This document shows positions 56,203 through 64,000 of a DNA stretch of 64,000 nucleotides, in pieces; the stretch's first letter is position 1; each line of letters begins with the position of its first letter. The notes beneath the pieces were generated by a model. The model was not told the DNA's origin. It saw only the letters and a list, made by a program, of their open reading frames with translations, and made no database searches. This stretch comes from a virus (lineage: Duplodnaviria > Caudoviricetes). The stretch covers positions 32,001 to 96,000 of IMG/VR virus record IMGVR_UViG_3300030333_001364, one strand, 5' to 3'. Position numbers and translations under genes: made by a program.

Positions 56203-57209
56203 TGGATTTTTTGAAAGACGTTATCAAGGAGATTGGAGATGATTACGCCACGGTTGCGAACAAAATCGATGATACGGAGAGAACGGTTGACACAGGTTCT
56301 TACATACTCAACGCTCTTGTTAGTGGCAGTGTCTTCGGTGGCGTTAGTGGCAATAAGATTACAGCCATTGCTGGAGAAACCTCAACAGGAAAGACTTATT
56401 TCTCCCTCGCAATCGTCAAGAACTTCTTAGACAAGCACCCTGATGGTGGTGTCATGTATTTTGACACAGAGTCTGCAATCACAAAAGGATTGTTAGAGTC
56501 TCGTGGTATAGACTTAGAACGTGTAGGTATTATAAATGTAGTTACAATAGAACAGTTTCGTAACAGAGCACTAACCGTCGTAGACAAATATCTTGGTTTG
56601 GAAGAATCAGATAGAAAACCTATGATGTTTGTATTAGACTCTTTGGGTATGCTCTCCACAGAGAAAGAGATCAAAGATGCACTGGATGATAAGCAAGTCC
56701 GTGACATGACTAAATCTCAACTTGTGAAGGGTGCATTTAGAATGTTAACTCTCAAATTAGGTCAAGCAAATGTCCCACTCATTGTCACAAATCACACGTA
56801 TGATGTCATCGGAGCTTATGTTCCAACTAAAGAAATGGGAGGAGGTAGTGGACTCAAGTACGCAGCAAGTACAATCATATATCTCAGCAAGGGAAAAGAA
56901 AAGGATGGCACGGAAGTCGTCGGAAATATTATCAAAGCGAAGACTGTCAAGTCTCGTCTAAGTAGAGAGAATAGGCAAGTAGAGATACGTTTATTCTATG
57001 ATGAACGTGGTCTGGACAGATACTATGGACTGCTAGATCTTGCAGAGAAGCATGGTGTTATAAAGAAGGTTGCTAATAGGTATGAAATTGATGGTAAGAA
57101 AGTATATGCTAAAGAGGTATACAAAAATCCTGAGAAGTATTTTACACCAGAACTAATGCAAGCATTAGATGAAGTATCACTCAAAGAGTTTACATATGGA
57201 GGTGAATAA
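56202..57209 (+). CDS. uvsX: RecA-like recombinase UvsX
   Basis: AGETSTGKT, FDTESA, DSLGML and MGGGSGLKYAAS. Confidence 0.95.
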   Translation: MDFLKDVIKEIGDDYATVANKIDDTERTVDTGSYILNALVSGSVFGGVSGNKITAIAGETSTGKTYFSLAIVKNFLDKHPDGGVMYFDTESAITKGLLESRGIDLERVGIINVVTIEQFRNRALTVVDKYLGLEESDRKPMMFVLDSLGMLSTEKEIKDALDDKQVRDMTKSQLVKGAFRMLTLKLGQANVPLIVTNHTYDVIGAYVPTKEMGGGSGLKYAASTIIYLSKGKEKDGTEVVGNIIKAKTVKSRLSRENRQVEIRLFYDERGLDRYYGLLDLAEKHGVIKKVANRYEIDGKKVYAKEVYKNPEKYFTPELMQALDEVSLKEFTYGGE

Positions 57210-58592
57210 GTGACGGAAAGAGTTCCTCTTACCATCCTCAAAAATCTTATTCACAACGAAACATATACACGACAGGTCATACCTTTCATCGAACCTGATT
57301 ATTTTGAAGAAAGGACAGATCGTATTGTTTTTGAAGAGGTTGCAAAGTTTTTGAATGAATATGATAAGACTCCTACTAAAGAGGTCTTACATATTGAGGT
57401 AGAAAAACGAGTCGATGTTACTGAGGATGAGTATAAAACTATAGAACAACTGATATCTGCACTTGATACAGAGGTGTCAGAGTCAAAGTGGTTGCTTGAT
57501 ACTACAGAGGATTGGTGTAAACAGAGAGCGATATACTTAGCACTTATCAAAAGTATACAGATTGCTGATGGACAAGATGAACACAAGAAACCAGAAGCAA
57601 TCCCTGCTATACTGTCAGATGCACTGGCAGTTGGATTCGACCAACATGTTGGTCATGATTACATAGATGATTCGGAGGATCGTTATGCTTACTACCACAG
57701 AGTCGAGAACAAAATACCATTTGATCTCGAATACTTCAACAAAATTACCTCAGGTGGGATCTCTGATAAGACTCTCAATATCGCTCTCGCTGGTACTGGC
57801 GTTGGTAAGTCTTTATTCATGTGCCATGTTGCTAGTTCATGTCTTGTACAGGGTAAAAATGTCCTGTACATCACTCTTGAGATGGCAGAGGAGAAGATTG
57901 CAGAGAGGATAGATGCAAATCTACTTGACACAAATATAAAAGACATTGCAGAATTACCTGAGAAAATATTCAACAAAAAGATAACAAATCTATCTAAGAA
58001 GACAGAGGGTAAGTTGATTGTCAAGGAATATCCTACTGCATCAGCACATTGTGGACACTTCAAGTCACTATTGCAGGAGTTGAAGTTGAAAAAATCCTTC
58101 TCTCCTGATATAATATTTGTAGATTACCTAAACATTTGTGCTTCTTCTAGGTATAGAACAGCAGTAAATGTAAATTCCTATTCATATGTCAAAGCAATCG
58201 CAGAAGAACTACGAGGACTTGCTGTTGAATTTAGTCTACCAATTGTCTCAGCTACGCAAACTACTAGGTCTGGTTTTGCTAGTTCTGACCCTAATCTTAC
58301 TGACACAAGTGAATCTTTTGGTCTCCCTGCCACTGCTGATCTTATGTTTGCTCTTATTAGCACAGAAGAGTTGGAGGGACTTAATCAAATAATGGTCAAA
58401 CAGTTGAAGAATAGATACAATGATCCGACAATCAACAAAAGATTTGTCGTAGGCATTGACAGAGCAAAGATGCGACTGTATGATGTAGAACAGGGAGCAC
58501 AGCAAGATATTGTTGAAGACATAGAAGTTGTGCAACACAATAAAAAAGAACAATCACAATCCAAATCTAAATTCGATGACTTCAAATTTTGA
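57210..58592 (+). CDS. gp41: replicative helicase gp41
   Basis: AGTGVGKS, ITLEMAEE, VDYLNI and ESFGLPATAD. Confidence 0.96.
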   Translation: MTERVPLTILKNLIHNETYTRQVIPFIEPDYFEERTDRIVFEEVAKFLNEYDKTPTKEVLHIEVEKRVDVTEDEYKTIEQLISALDTEVSESKWLLDTTEDWCKQRAIYLALIKSIQIADGQDEHKKPEAIPAILSDALAVGFDQHVGHDYIDDSEDRYAYYHRVENKIPFDLEYFNKITSGGISDKTLNIALAGTGVGKSLFMCHVASSCLVQGKNVLYITLEMAEEKIAERIDANLLDTNIKDIAELPEKIFNKKITNLSKKTEGKLIVKEYPTASAHCGHFKSLLQELKLKKSFSPDIIFVDYLNICASSRYRTAVNVNSYSYVKAIAEELRGLAVEFSLPIVSATQTTRSGFASSDPNLTDTSESFGLPATADLMFALISTEELEGLNQIMVKQLKNRYNDPTINKRFVVGIDRAKMRLYDVEQGAQQDIVEDIEVVQHNKKEQSQSKSKFDDFKF

Positions 58593-58980
58593 TAAGTATG
58601 TTCGCTTCGTAAATCAAGTTACGAGTGACGAATCTAAAGATGCTGTAGCATTCATGAACCGTATACAAGACCTGAAGGAGCAGAAGACTGAAATGCATCG
58701 TCTTTTGACAGGAGCAGTAGGTGTATGTTCTGAAGGTGGAGAGTTTTTAGAGATAGTAAAGAAGATGATATTCCAAGGCAAACCATGGGATGAGGCAAAT
58801 ATACGTCATCTCAAGATAGAACTAGGAGATATCATGTGGTATGTTGCACAGTGCTGCATGGCATTAGATGTACCTCTTGAGGAGATAACTGACATGAATA
58901 TTGATAAGTTATCTAAGAGATACCCTAACGGTATGTTCCAAGAGTACTATTCGGAGAACAGAAAGGAAGGTGACCTCTAG
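58576..58980 (+). CDS. mazG: MazG nucleotide pyrophosphohydrolase
   Basis: SEGGEFLEIVKK, ELGDIMWY and N.DKL.KRYP. Confidence 0.92.
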   Translation: MTSNFDKYVRFVNQVTSDESKDAVAFMNRIQDLKEQKTEMHRLLTGAVGVCSEGGEFLEIVKKMIFQGKPWDEANIRHLKIELGDIMWYVAQCCMALDVPLEEITDMNIDKLSKRYPNGMFQEYYSENRKEGDL

Positions 58981-59665
58981 TTATTGTATAACTTGTCTTA
59001 AGATAGGCGACAAATTTGACCATTCATATGTGAATAATCTTTATGGTATGATAAGTCGCCAGTCTGATGCAGATTTTTATTGCTTTACGGATGATCCTGA
59101 GGGGATTGATCCTAAGGTAAATGTTGTAGAGATAGACGCTAGTGAGTATCAATCATGGGATAACTGGTGGGCAGCGTGGTGGAAGATAGTACTCTTCGTT
59201 CGTCCTGAGTTAGAACAGTATAGCAGAAAGATCTTTTTTGACCTAGATGTTATCATTCACGGAAATATCTCACAAGTACTTGACTTTGATAGTAACTTTG
59301 CATTAGTATACAGTACATGGAAGGGAGTTCCCTTCAAAATGAAGTACCCACACAAGAGTTTATTCAACTCAAGTGTTATAGTTTGGAAAGACGCTACGTC
59401 AATCTATGAGTATTTTATGCAAAACGCAAAACATTATGTGTCTAAATATGCAGGAACGGATGATTTCTACCACAACGAAGGAATCAAGAGAGAACAACTA
59501 CCGCACTGCATATATTCCTACAGGGATGGAGAGAAACCAAATCAATTGAACAGTTTTATTTTGAGACAGAACAAAGCAATAGCACTCCTACATCAGAGAC
59601 CAAAGAATCATGAATTGAGTGAATCAGAACATCCAATAGTGAAACACTGGAACGTTTATATATAA
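58970..59665 (+). CDS. GT-A fold glycosyltransferase-like protein
   Basis: CLKIGDKF...YVNNL, CFTDD, WWK, FFDLDV (DxD) and FNSSV. Confidence 0.75.
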   Translation: MTSSYCITCLKIGDKFDHSYVNNLYGMISRQSDADFYCFTDDPEGIDPKVNVVEIDASEYQSWDNWWAAWWKIVLFVRPELEQYSRKIFFDLDVIIHGNISQVLDFDSNFALVYSTWKGVPFKMKYPHKSLFNSSVIVWKDATSIYEYFMQNAKHYVSKYAGTDDFYHNEGIKREQLPHCIYSYRDGEKPNQLNSFILRQNKAIALLHQRPKNHELSESEHPIVKHWNVYI

Positions 59666-59734
59666 ACGTACGAGGAGTGATGCTGCCTGTCCAAAAAAGA
59701 TCGTCGTTCAACAACTTTATAATCAAAAAACATT

Positions 59735-59989
59735 ATGTCTTTTGTTAATCCTAAGTGGTTCGAGCGTTTTCCTCGCACCATTACTAAAGCAGTTACATGG
59801 CGTAGCTGGATGATGGTTACTAACAGTGTAATCGGTTGGATCGTTTCGGGTGATCCTTGGAAAGGTCTTACAATCGGACTTATGGCACTCGTCATAAACT
59901 CCACACTTTATATTCTACATGAGCGTCTCTGGAACAGAAACGACTGGCAGCGTAGAACAACTTCTGCTACAGAGAAAGTTTACATCTAA
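59735..59989 (+). CDS. DUF2061-family small membrane protein
   Basis: RTITKAVTWR ... LYILHERLWNR..W pattern. Confidence 0.75.
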   Translation: MSFVNPKWFERFPRTITKAVTWRSWMMVTNSVIGWIVSGDPWKGLTIGLMALVINSTLYILHERLWNRNDWQRRTTSATEKVYI

Positions 59990-59995
59990 TAAATA
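59988..59995 (+). promoter_or_regulatory. T4-type late promoter
   Basis: AATAAATA upstream of the DctP-like gene. Confidence 0.55.
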
Positions 59996-60027
59996 CTATT
60001 AGTAAAACTATTCCTAAGGGGTAATTT

Positions 60028-60987
60028 ATGAAAACAATTAGATGGGTTCTAGCACACGAACCAATTGAATTGTTTCTAAGAGCTGCGAGAAAGTTCAAGG
60101 CATCTATGGAAGCAATCGCACCAGGTGCTTTGAACATCGAAATTCTTACACTCTCTGAGTACGCTGAGAAGTATAATAACGGTGAGTCAATTACTAAGCA
60201 CGACTTACTAGATCTAATGGCAGAAGGGAAGATTGAGGTTTCCCAGATGTATACCTCAACATTAGGTCGTAAGCACAACAAAGATTTCTGGGCATTAGAT
60301 ATGCCATTCTTGTTCCGTGATCATGATCACGCAAGTCATGTCTTTGAAGGTCCTATTGGTAAGTCACTACTTGATGGTTTAGCAGACCCTGCTAAAGGTG
60401 AAAAGGGCGGAGTAAAAGGTTTAGCGTTCACATACTCAGGTGGATACAGAAACATCCCTGCAAACGCAGAAATACATAAGATCGAAGACTTTGAAGGACT
60501 TGAGTTACGTTGTAACAAATCTCCTATCGCTATTGAAACTCTAGAATGCGTTGGTGCTAAGACAGTTCCAATCGAATTAGAGCAAATCAACGAAGGAGTT
60601 CAGTCTGGAATTATCGTTGGTGGAGAGTCAACATACCCTCGCTTCTTTGGATTGAAGCAGAATGAGTGTATGAATACAATCAACGACACATCACACAGTC
60701 TATTCCTTACATCAATCATTGTAAGTGAAGAGTTCTGGAACTCTCTAGACAAAGATCTTCAAGATAAGATCCAAGACGCATCATTCGATGCTGCTAGAGC
60801 AGAAAGAGTTTGGTCTGTGGAAGACATTGACTTAGTCAAGTCTGCATGTGCCGATGAGAACATCAACGTTGTCACTATGAGCGACGAAGAGAAGTCTAGA
60901 TTCAAAGAAAAGACAGCATACATCTATGACAAGTATGCACACTTGTTCCCAGAGGGACTTGTGGATTCTATAAAAGAAACAAAATAA
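60028..60987 (+). CDS. TRAP-transporter DctP-like solute-binding protein lacking a signal peptide
   Basis: LDMPFLFRDHDH, GGYR, EDFEGLELR, GAKTVPI...QSG and SEEFWNSL..DLQ. Confidence 0.85.
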   Translation: MKTIRWVLAHEPIELFLRAARKFKASMEAIAPGALNIEILTLSEYAEKYNNGESITKHDLLDLMAEGKIEVSQMYTSTLGRKHNKDFWALDMPFLFRDHDHASHVFEGPIGKSLLDGLADPAKGEKGGVKGLAFTYSGGYRNIPANAEIHKIEDFEGLELRCNKSPIAIETLECVGAKTVPIELEQINEGVQSGIIVGGESTYPRFFGLKQNECMNTINDTSHSLFLTSIIVSEEFWNSLDKDLQDKIQDASFDAARAERVWSVEDIDLVKSACADENINVVTMSDEEKSRFKEKTAYIYDKYAHLFPEGLVDSIKETK

Positions 60988-61009
60988 ATTCCACAGTGCA
61001 TGGAATCCT

Positions 61010-61035
61010 AGGGAGTCTTCGGACTCCCTTTTTTT
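61010..61035 (+). terminator. Rho-independent terminator (UUCG loop)
   Basis: AGGGAGTC-TTCG-GACTCCCT followed by a T-tract. Confidence 0.92.
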
Positions 61036-61066
61036 GTGTCTATATACTACATGGGATCCTTTTATA

Positions 61067-62137
61067 ATGCAATTTCTTGAGTGGCCATCTCAATATCTCT
61101 CTAGTGCAAAGTATTTTGATACTCCTAGGTATCAAATGTTCTTTCTGAAAGAAGAGAATGAATTGAACAGATGGATGGGCATGAGATGTATATGTAGAGC
61201 AGGATTATTACCAACAAAAAGAAATTACACAGTTATATCACCACTACCAGATTTTGTAGACAATAATTTTCACACTGATATGACTATAGATGATTGCTGT
61301 AGAGATGCAGCAGATCTATGTGTCGAATATGCTGACGGTAGAACGATAAATCTCTTGTGGTCTGGTGGTATTGATAGTACTACTGTATTCTATGCCTTAC
61401 ACAACACAGGTCTTACCATAAATGTACACTGTGACCCTCAGGTAGAGAAGGAAGCACCATTCATATTCAGTAAACTAGATGAGTATGTCAATATGAATGT
61501 TATCATGCACCACCATGACAATACTCAAGACTGTGCACCCTATGAAGCAGGGATGAGTGTAAGGAAGGGAGTACAACCTTACATAAACGAGGACAATATA
61601 TTTGTAACAGGTGAGATTGGTGATCAAATATTTGGTACAGGTAAGATATTTGCTTTTCCACCAGACAAATGGGACAGAGATTACAGGGAGAGTATACCTG
61701 AGAGGATAGATGAACTGACTTATGACACTATGCACTATGCCTTGAACAAAGAAGGTGCTAGTCTAAAGCAATGGATGTGGGCAGGAAGTTATATGTTCAA
61801 ATATCAAACAGCAGCAGTCCGTAGCATCAGATACTATGGTGCTGTAGCACCGTTTGCTCCATATAATAATTGCTTCCACTTCTTTGATACACCTAACTGG
61901 AATAGATATGGACATACTAATCAAGATGAGAACAGTTCTTGGCAGAAACCAAAGGAGTATAAGATGCCACTCAAACAGTGGATATATGAACAGAATGGTG
62001 ATGAATATTATAGAGATAACAAACTAAAGTTTCCATCATCTAATAGAAAGAGATTATATAACAATGATCTTGATGGTTTGCATGACAATGAGGAGTGGTT
62101 TGCACTTCAGAAGTCTGTCTTTGGGGGTAATATGTAG
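61067..62137 (+). CDS. asparagine-synthase-like PP-loop ATP pyrophosphatase (no glutaminase domain)
   Basis: LLWSGGIDST, VTGEIGDQIFG, FFD and YKMPLK; start uncertain (61034-61067). Confidence 0.75.
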   Translation: MQFLEWPSQYLSSAKYFDTPRYQMFFLKEENELNRWMGMRCICRAGLLPTKRNYTVISPLPDFVDNNFHTDMTIDDCCRDAADLCVEYADGRTINLLWSGGIDSTTVFYALHNTGLTINVHCDPQVEKEAPFIFSKLDEYVNMNVIMHHHDNTQDCAPYEAGMSVRKGVQPYINEDNIFVTGEIGDQIFGTGKIFAFPPDKWDRDYRESIPERIDELTYDTMHYALNKEGASLKQWMWAGSYMFKYQTAAVRSIRYYGAVAPFAPYNNCFHFFDTPNWNRYGHTNQDENSSWQKPKEYKMPLKQWIYEQNGDEYYRDNKLKFPSSNRKRLYNNDLDGLHDNEEWFALQKSVFGGNM

Positions 62138-63339
62138 TGGGATATCAAGAACTAGATGAAAATATATTAGAGTCTATGCATCCAGACCGTAACGCTCATT
62201 CATGGTCTGAAGATGGTAGTCTTGAACCTCCTTATGATTATAAATGGAGCACTGAATATATGCCTAGGGGTCTGAAAAACAAGGAGGGGAAGGGATGGTA
62301 TTATAAAGGTAATTTTACTAACAAAGAGAACGCACTCAACAGATATTTTAGGACTAGATGTGTATGTAGGAGAGGTAAAATTGTACCCAAACACCCATAC
62401 AAAATAATATCACCACTACCTACCAACCTTCACACTGATATGTCATTTGATAATGTGTGTGAGGATGCTGTCAACGTTATCAATGATAATTCTAATGGAA
62501 GAAAGATAAACTTATTATGGTCAGGTGGTATTGATAGCACCACTGCACTATATGCTTTTGCTAGAACAAATATACCAATCAATGTACACTACGATGTCTC
62601 AGCAAAGAATGAGTGTACAACAGGGTGGAATGATCTAGAGACAGGTAAGTTTAGTAACATAACTGCTATCAATCATGGATACGTCAACGAAAGATTTGCT
62701 CTTAGAACTCCTCTGATTCCATACGTAAAAGATACTAACAATTTATTTGTCACAGGTGAGATAGGAGACAATATAATGGGTTCAGCAAGAGTATTTTTAT
62801 ACCCACAAGAAGTTAGAAATGATCATTTCAATAAGGTAATTCCTGATTGGGTGGCAGAAATATGCCATCAGTCATTGATGTGTGTTCTGAACAAGAAAGA
62901 TGTTAGTCTAAAGCAATGGACTTGGGCATGGTGTTTCATGATCAAGTATCAGTACTGTCAGGTCAGATGTCATGAACAATATAATATAGCACCTTATCCA
63001 CCACTCAATAATGCGTTTCACTTCTTTGATACACCTAACTTTCAGAGGTGGGCGGTCACAAATCAGGACTATATAAACAGTTGGCAAGAAATACCTGAGT
63101 ATAAGATGCCATTGAAACAGTTTATATACGAGCAGAATGGTGATAAGTTTTATAGAGATCATAAACTAAAGACCCCATCATCTAATAGACGTAGGGTACA
63201 AGGAGGATTCAATTTTGAAGATCAGGTCACTGGACTTGAATTGAACGACGAATATATAAGAGTGATAAAGAAAACCTTTGGAGCAAATACTCCAGATGTA
63301 AAGGGGTTCTCTAGAGAAGAAAGAAAAAACATGTACTAA
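62137..63339 (+). CDS. asparagine-synthase-like PP-loop protein, tandem paralogue
   Basis: LLWSGGIDST and VTGEIGDNIMG; shares RC.CR.G, ISPLP and EYKMPLKQ.IYEQNGD with the neighbour. Confidence 0.75.
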   Translation: MGYQELDENILESMHPDRNAHSWSEDGSLEPPYDYKWSTEYMPRGLKNKEGKGWYYKGNFTNKENALNRYFRTRCVCRRGKIVPKHPYKIISPLPTNLHTDMSFDNVCEDAVNVINDNSNGRKINLLWSGGIDSTTALYAFARTNIPINVHYDVSAKNECTTGWNDLETGKFSNITAINHGYVNERFALRTPLIPYVKDTNNLFVTGEIGDNIMGSARVFLYPQEVRNDHFNKVIPDWVAEICHQSLMCVLNKKDVSLKQWTWAWCFMIKYQYCQVRCHEQYNIAPYPPLNNAFHFFDTPNFQRWAVTNQDYINSWQEIPEYKMPLKQFIYEQNGDKFYRDHKLKTPSSNRRRVQGGFNFEDQVTGLELNDEYIRVIKKTFGANTPDVKGFSREERKNMY

Positions 63340-64000
63340 TGATAGACAGAGGTAAACAATTTGAATTTGCTGTCATGAAGTCTGCTTATAGTAGGATAAG
63401 AAACCCTAGTCTTACTAAGCAATCCATGCTGGCATTTTTTAATGGTCAACCTATAGAAGCTAATGTACAAAATGCAGCAGATAAAATGGTGGATAGGATA
63501 GGTGGGAGTAGAAATACTATTAGAGGTAATGATCCATTCTATGACTCTTTTATATTGATGGGTGGACAAAGACCTGAACCAAAAACAGATATCATATTCA
63601 GAAAAAATGGTGTCAAACATAGATGTTCTCTGAAATATGGTGGTAGGTTTCAATTATCTTCTGCTGGTATAGAGAGTACTGTAAAGGTAATGAATGATGT
63701 GCTAACAAAAGTATCCTTTAGTGGGGGTCTTGGTGGGTTGCAAGTAAAGAAAGTTGCCTCAGTGCTATCAGAACTATCAGAAGTATTTGAAGGACCTAAA
63801 AGACAAGAGAAACCTATAATGGATAGACTTATGAGAGAAGCAAAGAAGGAGGGTGGTATAAATGAAACGTTGCAAGATATACTAGGGTCAAGAAAAATGC
63901 CAGATGGATCAAAAGTATTTCAAACATTCAAGGAAGAGTTAGTCAGGGAAGCATTGACAGGTAGAATTATGTTTGGTGTCAACAATGATAAGACTGCTAA
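63339..64000 (+). CDS. putative PD-(D/E)xK-like nuclease, 3'-truncated by the window edge
   Basis: Read manually and open to the window end: MIDRGKQFEFAV...EPKTDIIF...CSLK...EALTG. Confidence 0.55.
   Translation, partial: MIDRGKQFEFAVMKSAYSRIRNPSLTKQSMLAFFNGQPIEANVQNAADKMVDRIGGSRNTIRGNDPFYDSFILMGGQRPEPKTDIIFRKNGVKHRCSLKYGGRFQLSSAGIESTVKVMNDVLTKVSFSGGLGGLQVKKVASVLSELSEVFEGPKRQEKPIMDRLMREAKKEGGINETLQDILGSRKMPDGSKVFQTFKEELVREALTGRIMFGVNNDKTA

Noticed and set aside
61067-63339. Lasso-peptide or 7-deazaguanine (QueC) pathway
   Set aside because: No precursor peptide, RRE or B-protease nearby, no QueC C-terminal Cys cluster, and no folE/queD/queE in the window; only the general PP-loop assignment is supportable.
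63336-63653. Minus-strand 105-aa ORF
   Set aside because: Opposite a longer, translationally coupled plus-strand ORF starting at 63339.
1-64000. tRNA/rRNA genes, group I introns, inteins in gp43/gp41/gp17/gp20
   Set aside because: No cloverleaf or T-loop motif in the few intergenic gaps; core genes are uninterrupted and of normal length.

Overview
This window is a 64 kb segment of a large T4-like cyanomyovirus genome (AT-rich, P-SSM2-like organisation, probably infecting Prochlorococcus or Synechococcus). It runs from the end of a giant virion protein through two fibre-like genes and the T4 morphogenesis core (gp13-gp23, gp3). It continues with uvsY/uvsW/gp55/gp47/gp46, an hli/membrane-peptide island, and the replication module (gp45, gp44, gp62, regA, hsp20, gp43, uvsX, gp41, mazG). 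Accessory genes include PTOX, dam, an NDP-sugar epimerase, an amidinotransferase, a B12-radical SAM enzyme, a nucleotidyltransferase, a cytidylyltransferase and a glycosyltransferase. Four things stand out. (1) A ~7.5 kb cassette of a fibre gene plus tailoring enzymes (methyltransferase, four sulfotransferase/P-loop-like proteins, a di-iron ferritin-like protein) is bracketed by a 32-bp imperfect direct repeat. (2) A signal-peptide-less TRAP solute-binding protein sits next to a DUF2061-like gene and two glutaminase-less asparagine-synthase-like ATP pyrophosphatases. (3) There are several structured non-coding elements: a candidate ~75-nt late sRNA after regA, a long structured leader before an outer-membrane protein, a ROSE-like hsp20 leader and a bidirectional promoter at gp55. 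(4) A late-expressed nucleotidyltransferase carries a possible capsid-processing N-terminus. All calls come from motif recognition and synteny by eye; no database searches were run.
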